From: Paraspadella gotoi
Lineage: Eukaryota > Animalia > Chaetognatha
Reading direction: 5' to 3'
Length of the DNA: 64,000 bases
Assembly (NCBI GenBank): GCA_051294375.1
Contig: CM119267.1
Location: 13,814,832-13,878,831 of the forward strand
This document shows, piece after piece, positions 22,629-34,762 of this stretch. Positions within the stretch are counted from its first letter, which is position 1. Each line of letters begins with the position of its first letter. The notes under the pieces were generated by a model. That model saw only the letters and a program-made list of their open reading frames with translations. It searched no databases and had not been told where the DNA came from. Both the position numbers and the translations under genes were made by a program.

Positions 22629-23805
22629 AGAGAGAGAGAGAAGAGAGAGAGAGAGAGAAAGATAGAGAAGAGATGATGTTCGGTTGTTCATGAAATAATC
22701 TGATGAAATGAACAATCCAACGTGACGATCACGTGAACCTCAGCGAGCACGGAATGAATCTTGAGACGAGAGTCCGCTGGGGGAGGGGGCGAAGAGGGAA
22801 GAAAAGGAGGAAGAAGATGCGGAAAGAGGAGATGAAGAGAGAGGGAGAGGAGGATGCGACGAAAGAACAGACGCGTTAGAGAAGCGGCAAAAAGGAAACG
22901 GAAAAGTCGGTGAGAGAGAGAGGGAAAAAAAAAAAGAACCTTGAAAAATAGGCTCGAACGAGAGACGAAGTAGCCGATGAATATGGCGCAAGCCTTTTTT
23001 TTTTTTCCGCGTGGCGCAGGGAATTTGGTTGTTGACGACGAGAAATTACGGTCGAAAACCGAGGCTCGATTAGTGACGAGCGAATTTCGATTGCAGTTAC
23101 GGAAATTGGTTTTCTGAATTTGTGTTTTCTTACACATTTTTGAACCAAACGTTCGCGATGCGCGGGGGTTCTTCGATGTAAAAGCGTACGAAGCTGAATA
23201 CCTATCTCTCTCGGGGCGATGCGAAAGTCATTGTCGCTGGCCATACTCACTTCCCTAAATTACGCTCGGATTGGGAATCAAGAACTAACGGAAACTCTTC
23301 GGGATGCCTAAAACCCGCCCCCATGTTGTTTTCTTATTGTTGTTTCTTCGCTTTTATTTTTTTTTTTATTCTTTTTTTCTTTTTTGTCGGTGATGCAATA
23401 CTGTACCGTAAACCGGCGCCCCCCCCACTACAATCACTGTCCGTTGATTGGCTTTACGTATCATACCTGAACAAGCGACCTCGGTTCAAGGCTGAATTTA
23501 GTGCGATTATCTTGGGGAGTGGGGAATGAATCTTTTTGGTAGTTTGATCTGGGGGAGGAAAATATTTTCTAGTTTTCTTAACCGTGATGGTTGTGTAATG
23601 TAAATGAGTTGCGGCCACAGACAGACGTCAGATTGCGTCAGGACTCTTTAGATGTGCAACAATGGAATAGTCATTTTTGACTGTGTTTTATATGATTTTG
23701 AATTATTTCATTAATTCAAGGAAAATAGCGCCTCATTAAATCAATAAAAAAAAAATAATATAGTAAACATACGTTTTTGAAGTCAATCGGATTTTTATCG
23801 TTTTC

Positions 23806-23855
<50 letters not shown>

Positions 23856-24357
23856 CTCTCTCTCTCTCCTTCTCTCTCTCTCTCTCTCTCTCTTTCCTCC
23901 CCCTTCTCTTTCGCTTTTATGTTTCTGTCTTTGGTTATTGCCTCGCACGCGTGTTCCGCCGTTTCGCGCTGTATATTAATGATTTGGCGCGAAAGCAAAA
24001 AGAGTCACCGCCGCAGAGACTCCGAACCGGGTAGGAGTAATTTGTCTCGGAGCAAAGCGAAGGGTGGTGCGTGGAGAGTGGGCGGTGGACGGTGGTTGGA
24101 GGGTAAAATAATTGGGGTGAGGGACTTTTTCAAACCATTGAGTTGGTAAAAAGAGAGAGTGGGGAAGAGATAGGGAAAAAGAGATTGAGAGGAGGAGAGA
24201 GATTGAGAGAGAGTTTTTCAAACAAAGAATGAGAAAGGACATGGTCAGTTTTGAAAGACAGTGAAGGTGAGGCAGGGGAAGCAAAGAAAAATAGGCTAAG
24301 TTTGAAATTGGTGAAGGTTGAAAAAGAGGAAGATTCGAGAGAGAGAGAGAGTAGCTA

Positions 24358-24675
24358 AAATCGGCTATTGCCGAGGCATTCGGCATCTTCTGGCCATTCG
24401 TTTTAGGTCGAGACCGACAGCCTGGTGCTGTCCCATTGACCAGAACTGGTTCTCAAGAGTATTAAGAGAGGCAGTTTACATCAAGCCTCGAGCCCTCTTT
24501 GAACCGTGATTGGGGACGATTTCGATCTCCTCCAAGCTTATGATCACTTCTAAAGTTGGTGGTGGAACGCCAACGCCGCCCCAACCGCAAACAATGACTT
24601 CCCCGTGTCCCACCCAACGGGTCACGGAGGAAGGCTTCCCCAGCAGACATTGGGACGTCCAATGTCCAATGTCCA
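24358..24675 (+). mobile_element. Penelope-like retroelement 3' fragment (C-terminal GIY-YIG endonuclease region), frameshifted in this copy
   Basis: Same sequence as 58015-58320, where the frame is open: KSAIAEH...GH...WFSRGIREAIYIKALEPSLNRDGGRFDLPPSYDSLL. Confidence 0.75.
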
Positions 24676-25099
24676 AACAATAAAAAGGCAAAGTAAAGCA
24701 AAGCAAAGCGCCAAAGCTAAGCAAATTTCTTAGAGAAAGTAAAGGGAAATGTCATGTAGTAGCGAAAGTAAAAGAAAAAGTAATCTTTTAGAGGAGGGGA
24801 AAGTTAAATAGAGGGAAAAATTTGAAAAAAAAAGTTGTAAATTTCAGGGGTTAGTAATCACCTAAAGTGTTTTTACAAAAAATTGTTGAAAACTTCGCGA
24901 CTGAAAATCGTCGAGGAAACGAACGCCCGCGGAAAGAAAATACGACTCGTGGAGAAAACTAGTCTCGAAGTTTCCTTTTGATGCTTGCGATGTTGTGATG
25001 CTGTGATGGTGCGATGTTGGTTGGTAAGAATTATTCTAGTTTTTCAAAGTAAGTTATTAATTTTTGACGAATACGAAGTGAGTTCTCAGCAGTGACCCA

Positions 25100-25590
25100 A
25101 CTGGAAGAGGGAGGGCGGGGAATAAAACTGATTGGAATTGGCTGAGAAAAAAAGGGAAAATGAAAGTATAGATTGAAAATGCGACCCGAACGCGGTCTCC
25201 CCAGGGAGTGTGCAGGGGTTGTCCGCCTCTGTAATTGGCTTTTTCTGGGTAGTTGGATAAAAAACTAAACTGCGGGAAGGCCCTGCGGGAGTGGGCGGCG
25301 GGAGGGCGCAGAAGCCTCCGGGTTGGGGAGCGGGGGCCCTGCGTGCTATTTAGAACTGCGGGTGCGTTACTTGTGGCGCTAGGCAGGTTGGCGGGCAGGA
25401 GGGGGGCGAGAATTTTGCACGAGGTGGCAGCTGATGGTCGAGGCTGATGATGGCTGTTTCGTGGGCAGTGACAGTTGACACTTCAGGAGAGAGAAAAGCT
25501 CCGAAAAGAAAACCCTGTTGGATGCAGTTGCCGCTTTATCTAAAAAAAACTTAAAGGATCCGGTCGCCTGAGCGCAGTCTGTCAAAGTGC
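25100..25590 (+). mobile_element. Probable Penelope-like pseudo-LTR relic containing a degenerate hammerhead-like motif at 25444-25487
   Basis: GC-rich block with TATTTAGAA, then CTGATGA-T-GGCTGT...ACAGTT-GACAC-TTCAGG followed by an A-rich stretch. Confidence 0.4.
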
Positions 25591-26679
25591 CATCATTTAT
25601 CGCCCAACCCACCAAAAACAAAAGCGGAAACACAGCGGAAAAAAGTTTTGTTTTTTAAACTACCAGACTTGTTCTAGAAAAGGTAGAGTGGAAAAGAGCA
25701 ACGAGAGAGAGAGAGGAGAGAGAGAGAGAGACGAGACTCGACCGTAGAGAGAGGAGATGAAGAGAGAGCGGAGAGAGGAAAGAGATGCAGATGAGGCACG
25801 AGAGAGATGCGGAGAGAGAGAGAGGAGAGAGTTGAAAGGCCCGCAGGCTTGGGGGCCGTGAATGCATTGAATGAATGAGACAAAGACGTCGGGGGGACAG
25901 AAAAGAGATGGAGCGCAGACCGAACAAGTGGGAGGGACCTAAAGCGATAAAGCTGGAGGAAGAAGGCGGGTGGCAACAGGCGAAGAAAGAACGACACTGT
26001 GTTAAGAACAGCGTGAAAAAACCTAGTTTGACTTTTGTAGCTGTTTTCTCCACTCGCATGCTGTTTACTAAATTGATTAAATGATTAAATTAATAAATGA
26101 TAAATCAAATTATTTTTAATTTTAAGACGGAATTTGGATTCTTTGTTAAAAAGTTGATATAGAATAGTAAATTCTTTTTTTAAAATATTCTTTCATTAAG
26201 TTTTGCGTTCAAAAATCATAAAAACCTATATTTACAAAAGCCTGCATTTTTAATTCCAGCTTAAAAAATTATTAGTTTTTTGTAATTTTACCTACTTAAT
26301 AATATAATTTTTGAAAAAAATATATTTCTTTTTAATCACTTTTAATGAGGAAACTGAATCTACTCTTTAGGAATTTTAAAAAACAAACCATTTTGACATT
26401 TTTTGGACATAATAACTACTAGATTAGTATTAATAATATGATACATAGATAGTAGATAAACTAGATAATAAACTTGCTGAAATTTTTGATTCCAAACTAT
26501 TCACTTCACCCTTACTGTTAACTGTTTCGCAAATTTTGTGGTTTGAAAGCATTTCTTTTCTCTTTTGCGGTTGCGTTCGATGCAGCTCTGACTCGCATTC
26601 TGGTTCTTGTCACTGTCGTGGTGGATATTGCACTTCACTTTTTTAAAGTTGGGAGGGGGCGCGGAAGATCAACCCCGAC

Positions 26680-26800
26680 GGCCCTAGCGCCGACCTAGCG
26701 CCGCTAGCGCCGCCTAGCGCCGCCTTTCGTTAAACTAAGTTTTGAGAGTCCGTAAGTGTCCGAGCGGCGGAGCGGCGGCGGTGTTCCGCCATGGTGAGGG
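26680..26800 (+). promoter_or_regulatory. GC-rich promoter or first-exon candidate ending CCGCC-ATG|GTGAGG
   Basis: Tandem CTAGCGCCG units, then an ATG at 26791 in a strong GCCATGG context followed immediately by a GT donor. Confidence 0.35.
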
Positions 26801-27608
26801 AAGGACTGAATTAAATTAATAAGCGGCCGTTCGTGTACCCAATCGAATTCGCAATTCCCCCCCTCCGCCCCAATCCACACGGAATGGAAGTCTCACTGTT
26901 TGGCTCGACTCACCAACGAATAAAATATTAAATATTTTTTTGATTGAAATATTACAGAGTAAATAATTAATTGTTTAAAGTCACCGTTGATGCGGATGAA
27001 TGGCGCCAAACCGCTCGAAATACGCGAGCCTGAGTGGTAATAACGCCGCACGGTTTACATGTAAGATTTTCCGAACGGTTCGTCCTTCCAACTTCCGGTT
27101 TACGCGAGGTCACGTTGACGCGCACGCGTCGCGAAAGTTTTTCGTAAGATGCACGAAATTGGGTTTCGCGTTTCGGCCTTTCATGCGGTCGGGTAGTGGG
27201 GGCGAGGTGGGTGGAACTGCTCCCCGCCTGACCTTCGAAGCAGGCACGAATTTCCGTCGTCAACGACTCTGCGACCTTCAACGCTTAGCCGCCACGCCGC
27301 TCCCTGCAGCCGCCGCAGCGTGTCAACGCTGCCGCTTTTGTTCGAATGTTCTCAAATGCTGGAGAAGTTTCAAGTCCCGGTTATTCTGTTGACGCGCGAA
27401 CAAGTATTCGTTGAGAGAGCAGGAGAGAGAGAGGAAAAGGCAGGAGAAGAGAGGAGAGGGAAGAAGGAAAGAGAGAACGAGATAGAAGCGCGAGAGAGGA
27501 GAGAGGGGAGAGAGGGAGAGAGGCGAGGCCACACCCAAGGCGAGGACGAAGTGGAGGGGAGGAGGTATCCTCTCTTCTTTTTTNNNNNNNNNNNNNNNNN
27601 NNNNNNNN

Positions 27609-28222
27609 ACGCGCGCGTCGGGTCCTTCCGTTTTCACTTTTTAGAGTCAGTGCGCGCTCTCGCACCGCGTCCGCGCTACAGGCCAATTACCCTCCGGCGG
27701 GGCGCGGCCTTCGTGGTCGAAGCCGAAAATGCACTGTGTGCCTCGTTCCTTCGTCGCGTTAGCCGTAAATACAAGGAGCCTTTGTATTTTGTTCATTGTG
27801 CAATAAAAACGGTGGAGGATGTGGGGGGGGGTGGGAGGGGCAAAAACGCGACGAAGCCGCAGCATTGACTTTTATTTTTTAATATCTTTTTTTAATTGAT
27901 CGTACTATTTTGAACATTCCGGTATTTTTCAATGAGCGGAGAAGACTGTGATTCCTGTTTAGTGTTTGAGAGACGAGAGTTGTTTTTGTGTTGGGTTTTC
28001 GTTTCGTTCCCGTCTCATATTCCCTCCTAAAGACATTAAAAAACAGTCGTTAAACCTTGGCAACTTCCTTCTTTGCGAACATAAATCAGCGTTGAGGGCC
28101 TTTATCCGCTTCCCGTCCGTCGGCAGACCTTTCTCGAAAAAAGCCTCTTTTTTGCAACAACCCAAAAGACGGATTTCTCCAGGTTGTAGATTCGACCTCC
28201 GGTCCCTCATTTGGAATTTTAT

Positions 28223-28291
<69 letters not shown>

Positions 28292-30607
28292 AAAAGTTAA
28301 AACATATCTCGTACTCAAGGTTAAACCACTAGTTACTCTCCTATATTTTGGAGTTCTAAGAAAAGTTTTGATTTGAACGTAATCGTATAAAATGCGATTT
28401 TTTTCAACCTCTTTTAACTCAGTTACGTCACTTTTCCATAAGGTAGGTTCTTTTTAATCTCATTCCGTCCATCTGGCCAAGTCATAATCAAACGGGCGCA
28501 TTTTTAGTAGAGGATATCTATTCGAAAACTTATTTGATTTTTTAAAAATTATATTGTTTCAGAATCTACCCTGTATCCGTTCGCGAGTGACTCCAAATAA
28601 ATGCGTACCATTTTTCATTGGATAAATATTTTTAAAATTTTCTTTCCTCATTGTATAGCAAAGTACTGGACGTTNNNNNNNNNNNNNNNNNNNNNNNNNN
28701 NNNNNNNNNNNNNNNNNNNNNNNNNNNNNNNNNNNNNNNNNNNNNNNNNNNNNNNNNNNNNNNNNNNNNNNNNNNNNNNNNNNNNNNNNNNNNNNNNNNN
28801 NNNNNNNNNNNNNNNNNNNNNNNNNNNNNNNNNNNNNNNNNNNNNNNNNNNNNNNNNNNNNNNNNNNNNNNNNNNNNNNNNNNNNNNNNNNNNNNNNNNN
28901 NNNNNNNNNNNNNNNNNNNNNNNNNNNNNNNNNNNNNNNNNNNNNAATTATCTGGGAATCCTTAAGATATAAAATAATTATTCAAGAGAGTCAAGAACAT
29001 GCTCAGGAGTCAGGACAGCAATTTTTTTTTAATTGGACAACTTATATATAATGAATACTTAAGATTTACAATTAAAAAAATAAGTAAAAAATCATTACTC
29101 AGAAATTACTCAACATTACAATAGTTCAGATGCGCCACGTCAATGGCGCCGAGAGATTTTCGACGCCGTTCACNNNNNNNNNNNNNNNNNNNNNNNNNNN
29201 NNNNNNNNNNNNNNNNNNNNNNNNNNNNNNNNNNNNNNNNNNNNNNNNNNNNNNNNNNNNNNNNNNNNNNNNNNNNNNNNNNNNNNNNNNNNNNNNNNNN
29301 NNNNNNNNNNNNNNNNNNNNNNNNNNNNNNNNNNNNNNNNNNNNNNNNNNNNNNNNNNNNNNNNNNNNNNNNNNNNNNNNNNNNNNNNNNNNNNNNNNNN
29401 NNNNNAGAGTTTCGCCCCGCCTTCCAGAAGATTCCAACACGTTCATGTGGATCTAGTGGGACCGCTGCCGGTCTCTCGCGGGGCCACATATCTCCTTACC
29501 GTGGTGGAACCGTTTCACCCGCTGGCCAGAGCGTGCCCCTTGTCTGATATCAGGGCGACGAACGGTAGTGCAAGCCTTCTCCATCGGGTGGGTCGCCGTT
29601 TCGGCGTCCACTTCACCTAACGTCGGATCGCGGCGCACAGTTTGTTTCCGAGCTATGGCGCCAACTGGCGGCGTCTCTGGGCGCCAACTTACACCATACG
29701 ACGTCGTATCTTCCTCAAGCAAACGAAATGGTGGAGATGTTCCACAGGGACCTCAAAGCGTCGCTTCGCGCCAAATTATCCGGCGCGGATTGGGTCGACA
29801 AGCTCCCTTGGGTCCTCCTGGGCCTCCGATCATCGCCCAAGGCCGACCTCAAGGCTTCATCGGCAGAGTTGGTCTTCGGAGAAGATCTGGCGCTCCCGGC
29901 CGAATTCGTCCCGGACGGCGCGCTGCCGCCCGATCCGGACGCGCTGCTGCGGACCCTGCGTCGCGAGGTGGACGCCTTTCGACCAGTCGACGGAACACGT
30001 CACGGAGATCCCCCCCAGAAGCTTCCAGACGGCCTTCAAAACTGCCATCTTGCTCTGGTGCGCCGCGACGCCCATCGCGGCCCTCTTGCCCAAGTCTATG
30101 ACGGCCCATACGAAATCGTCTCTCGTGGCGCCAAGTTTTTCCGCCTCGACTTTGCCGGCCGCCTCGACGATGTCTCGGTCGACCGCCTCAAACCTTTCGT
30201 CGATGACGCGGACGGCGCTCCGACCGTCCCGACGTGGCTGATGATGAAGCCACTCAACCCACGGTTGACGAGGATGCCACACAACCCGCCGTCGCAGATC
30301 CCGAGGTCCCAACGTCTTCAACAAGCGCGAGGCCGACAAGGTTTCGTCGTCCACCTTTGCGCTATTCGAATCAAGCCTCCATCTCTTATCGAGACGTCGT
30401 CTTGGGGGGGGGGGCAGTGAAGACGCTGTCGGATCAACGACACGGAGAAAAGATTTCGCCTCAACGCTCATTGGCGGATCAAGCGAAAACTAACGAATCA
30501 GAAATCGACAAGAAATAGCACAGACTAAAAGAGTTTACATTTTATGACAATTGAAACGTTTTTGATAATTACTTGTAAAATACTTAATGTACAATTACGA
30601 TCATTGT
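27609..30607 (+). repeat. Direct copy of ~18256-21093, gapped, including a Gypsy integrase copy
   Basis: Colinear near-identity with scattered 1-bp indels. It begins at an N run and contains two more. Confidence 0.9.
29129..30525 (+). mobile_element. Gypsy integrase fragment copy with an open 230-aa C-terminal ORF (29728-30420)
   Basis: MVEMFHRDLKASLRAKLSGADWVDKLPWVLLGLRSSPKADLKASSAELVFG...YDGPYEIVSRG...VSVDRLKPF, then a G-run PPT and TG. Confidence 0.9.
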
Positions 30608-31778
30608 AAATCTTTAAAGAAGTAAAAGCTTTTGCTCCATATAAGAAATATTAGATGTTTTATATAAAAAATAAATGATAAAAGCTTAAATAAAATTTAA
30701 AAAATATATGTTTTGTATTTCTATCTATTTAAAATTATAATATGATAAACAACAGTGGGTCAAGCTTTTTGTTCAGTTAAACATAATGAAAATGAATATT
30801 TTTTTTCCACAGAAAAAAAGGTAGACATCCAACTTTTTATATTAAACTGAAATAACTTTTAATTTATAATTTTACATATTTAAAATAATATTTTATCATG
30901 CTTCTATATGTATTTTTGATTGTTTTTTACTTAACTAAAAATACATAAAAATTTATTTAGTAAAAAAAAAGCTTTATTGGTAATCAAATGTAATTCAGTC
31001 TTTCCTTTTTCCAAATCCGAATGAATAACAAAAAAATTCAATGCCTTCATTAAAATTTTTAACTCCGAAAACTGTTATACTTTTAACTAGGTTTTAAACA
31101 AATCCTGTCTTAACATTTTTGAAATAAAATTTATAGAAACTAGTTCAGAAAGGTGTCCCATAATTAGGGCTTTAATTTGATACCTTGCCACCTCCTATCT
31201 TTTTTCTTTTAAAAGTTATGCAAAAAAATAATTTTTGATTGAAAGCTTGCAGAGACCTGCTCTGTCATTATTCTTGTAAGAGTGATGGAGCCTAAAACCA
31301 CCAAAGCTTGTCCAAAGTCAGAGCAAGATAGCTTATTTATTAAATAAATATATAATTTTTATATTGGTGGTACCAATTTCATATAATTAAAAGAGAGAGA
31401 GAGAAAAAAAGAGAAACTGGACAGCCGCTGCAAAGTTGAACTAGTCTATCTATATAAAATTGTTTTGTAAATAAAACATAAATATATGAGTGTAGGAATT
31501 GAATATAACAATTTAAAAGACCTCATGATGAGTAGCCTTATCTAAATTTTCAGCTTCTTATGGTTATACACTTGAGCTATTTTCAATGTAAAAACAGCGT
31601 GCGATGAGATGATAACAACGACTACGGTCAAAAAGAAGCAGAACGAATTAAATCTCGCCAAGTCGGGCATTCGCCCGTCTGGCGAGATAAAAAAAAATAA
31701 GCGCCAAGCTTTCGAGCCGTGACAATTTAATCAAGAAAACCGTAAGTAGAGAGGACGTATTATTTAAAAAAAAATCAC

Positions 31779-34762
31779 CTGCATAGGCACGGCTTGGTGA
31801 GTTCCTGAGCATTTGTGCAATACGTTATATCACCGCGGTCGCATTTTTTCGGATCGATCATGCAGAAACAAGCGTGGCTCGATCTTCCGCGGTGATTGCG
31901 GTAAACGCCTCACGTTCTGATAGAGTGGTCGGTGGGCGACAGCCGGTCAAACGGCGGCGGGCGGGCGGGTGCAGCGGCGGCGCCCAGTCTGCATTGTACG
32001 TGGGTTCGAATAGCCAAAACGGCGAGCGTTCGGTAATGGATAGGCCACCACCGGCGTGCCCGCTCGAAAAGGTCTTCTAATGAGGCGAATTGGCTGGGCC
32101 TGGTGATACTGATATGCGTGCGAGTTTTGACTTGAGCCGGTATCGGGACGCCAGCTGTTTGTGTTCCAGTATTGCAACTCATCCACGACGGGTCCTGACC
32201 GAAGCGAATCGTTAGAGCAACGAATAGGCCAAGATGACGTTTCTGGTAAAGGCCAAGATTATGCAGAACCGCACATGGCGTTGCGATGCGCTGGCGATCG
32301 GTATGCAGTTCCAAATGTCATTGGGCCGTGCCGGAGTACTGCCCGATGCATCATTCAGTAATATGATGGGCAAGCCCACCAGGAGAGTCATGGCGAGGAA
32401 CGGGATGAGGAAGAACCACGCCGCCGTGAGTGTACATCAAGTAGGGAATTTCCAGATGTTCGTCTAGTAAAAATAATGAATATGATTAATTTAACCCAAA
32501 AAAAATTCACTTTAAGACAATGAAAAATGGCGTAACGTTACTGTTCCGTTCATAAAAAAAAATCACTGTTCAATATTATTATATTTCTTTTTATTTTTCG
32601 AAACGTATAGTTCATATGTTGATAATACAAAATATCAATGCAAAAATCTTTTTTTGTTTTTATTATGACTGAATATAGGGTGAAAGATGATAAAATTATT
32701 AAAAAGTTACTTATTCATATTTATTCATGAATTGTAATAGAAAAAAATTTTTAAAAATTAATAGTACCAATAGTTGTCTCAAATACCAAATGTCTCAAAT
32801 AGATGGAAAAAACCTCATGTAAAAATTCTATCGGGTCTTACCAATGCATCCTCCACGCCGATTGTTCTCAAATAATTTTTTTATTTAATACATTTGAAAG
32901 GAAAAAAAGAAATATCGAATGCAGGTTGCAGAAAGGATACAGATAATCTGGACATACTGACATGAATCATGACCTTTTATATCTTGTGAATTGGGGGCCT
33001 GTAAGGAACATAAAAAATCGATCATTAATCAGTCAATGAACCCTTTCCAATGGGCTATTAGCGATAAATATTTTTCTTAATAAAAATGGTATGATAAATA
33101 ATAGAATTAATTCCTTGCCTATATTTAAAAAAAATTATCAATACAATTTAATATAATGTCTGCTTTGTCAAATATGTTGCCAGCGATGTAATTTTTAAAA
33201 ACTTTATTATGATATAACAGGTGTGTCAAGCTTTTTGTTTGCCAGTTAAAGATAATGAAAATAACGATTTTTTCACAGACAAGAAGGTAGAGTCCAGACT
33301 GTTTATATCAGCTGAAAACATTTTTGTATTTATCATTTTTCATATTTAAAAAAGACATTTTATTCAAGCTACACATAAATTTTCTTGTGTTTTTTACTTT
33401 ACTGAAAAATATAAGCATTGTATGGAATAAAGAAAATTTAATAGTAATAAAATGTAATTCATTCTTTCCTTTTTCAAATTACAAAAGAAAAAGAAAAAAA
33501 TTCAAATGCATTGAAATTTTTAAGTAAAAAAACTGTTATACTTTACTCTGATTTAAACAGAAGCTGTGTAAAGATTTATGGATTTATTTAATAAAACTTT
33601 TTTATAAAGGTGTCCATGATTAGGGCTTAATTTGATACCACCCCCATCTTGCTACTCTTTTCTTCAAAAGTTATTTTAAAAAATAATTTTTTTTAAACTA
33701 CGCAGTACAAATCTTTGTTAAAAAATTTTTTTTGGCAAAGCGGTAAGTGGTAAGTGTACAATACTTAAATTTCAAAATAAATTTGAAAAAATTTTTTCAT
33801 CCTTTTGAACATATCACTTTCAGTGTACCCATCTATATATTATTATATATTATTTATGTCCCCAAAAAGCTTAATTAGAAAGTTGAAATTTTTTCAAATT
33901 GTTTGAAAAAAAAGTTCGTCCACCTATGCTCATTTGAGAATAATGGTTTTGTATAGAAAATCAAAATATCAAAAAAAAAAATACAGCCTCCTAGAAAAAT
34001 TGAAAGGCTAGAGCTAATTTTTTTAGAATTGCAAAATGTTTTCTAACTGAAATCCAATATTCTCAAGTTTAAAATATTTTTTTTCAAAATCATTCAATCA
34101 ATTTTTTTTATTAATTTAAAATGTTTTATGATGTTGTTTTTATTGAAGAATTGGAAAAAAAGTGAAAAATATAGTAATTATATAAGGTTTTTGAATATAC
34201 CACTAAAATATTAGATATTAGACACAAGCGGAGTAAGCAGAGAAAACTTCTATTCATAAAAAAAAAAAATAAAATGAATTTGTCATAGTTATTAGATAAT
34301 TGACTAATTACAAGCTAATGATTTATATAAAATTGAGTAAATGATGGGTAAAAAATATTCATCTTGGTTTCGGATTAACTATTAAGTTATCGTTAAAGTT
34401 TTTTATAATATAATATTCTTTTTCCATTTATAAAAGCAATGGTCTAAAATTTTGTAAGCATTTCGAGCTATATTGCTTCATCTAGTTAGCTTTTTTGTGG
34501 ATGGTCAAGGGTTATGACAGACACAGTAATGTCGAATAGTGTATATCGCACATATTACCAAAAGTAAAAATCAATTAATTTGGCTCAGAAACAATTTTAA
34601 GAAAAAAAACAAATCAGCACGAGACCGTTTTCGCCACGTTATTTTTCATTGTGTTTCTGGCCTACCGTATTAGCAGTGAATCCAATGATGCAAAGTAGAG
34701 ATTGCCATCGAGTTTTGAACCGATCTTTTGATCTTTGCGCCTCGGGTCCGCAGCTTTAGATG
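31779..34762 (-). pseudogene. Frameshifted copy of SLC6 exons 1-2 (34666-34762, 31779-32463); no exon 3; likely artefactual
   Basis: Same exon and intron sequence with many single-base indels. Confidence 0.7.

Noticed and set aside
28601-29547. Long ORFs containing X runs (also 61628-62446 and 63283-63972)
   Set aside because: They are open only because they cross N gaps.
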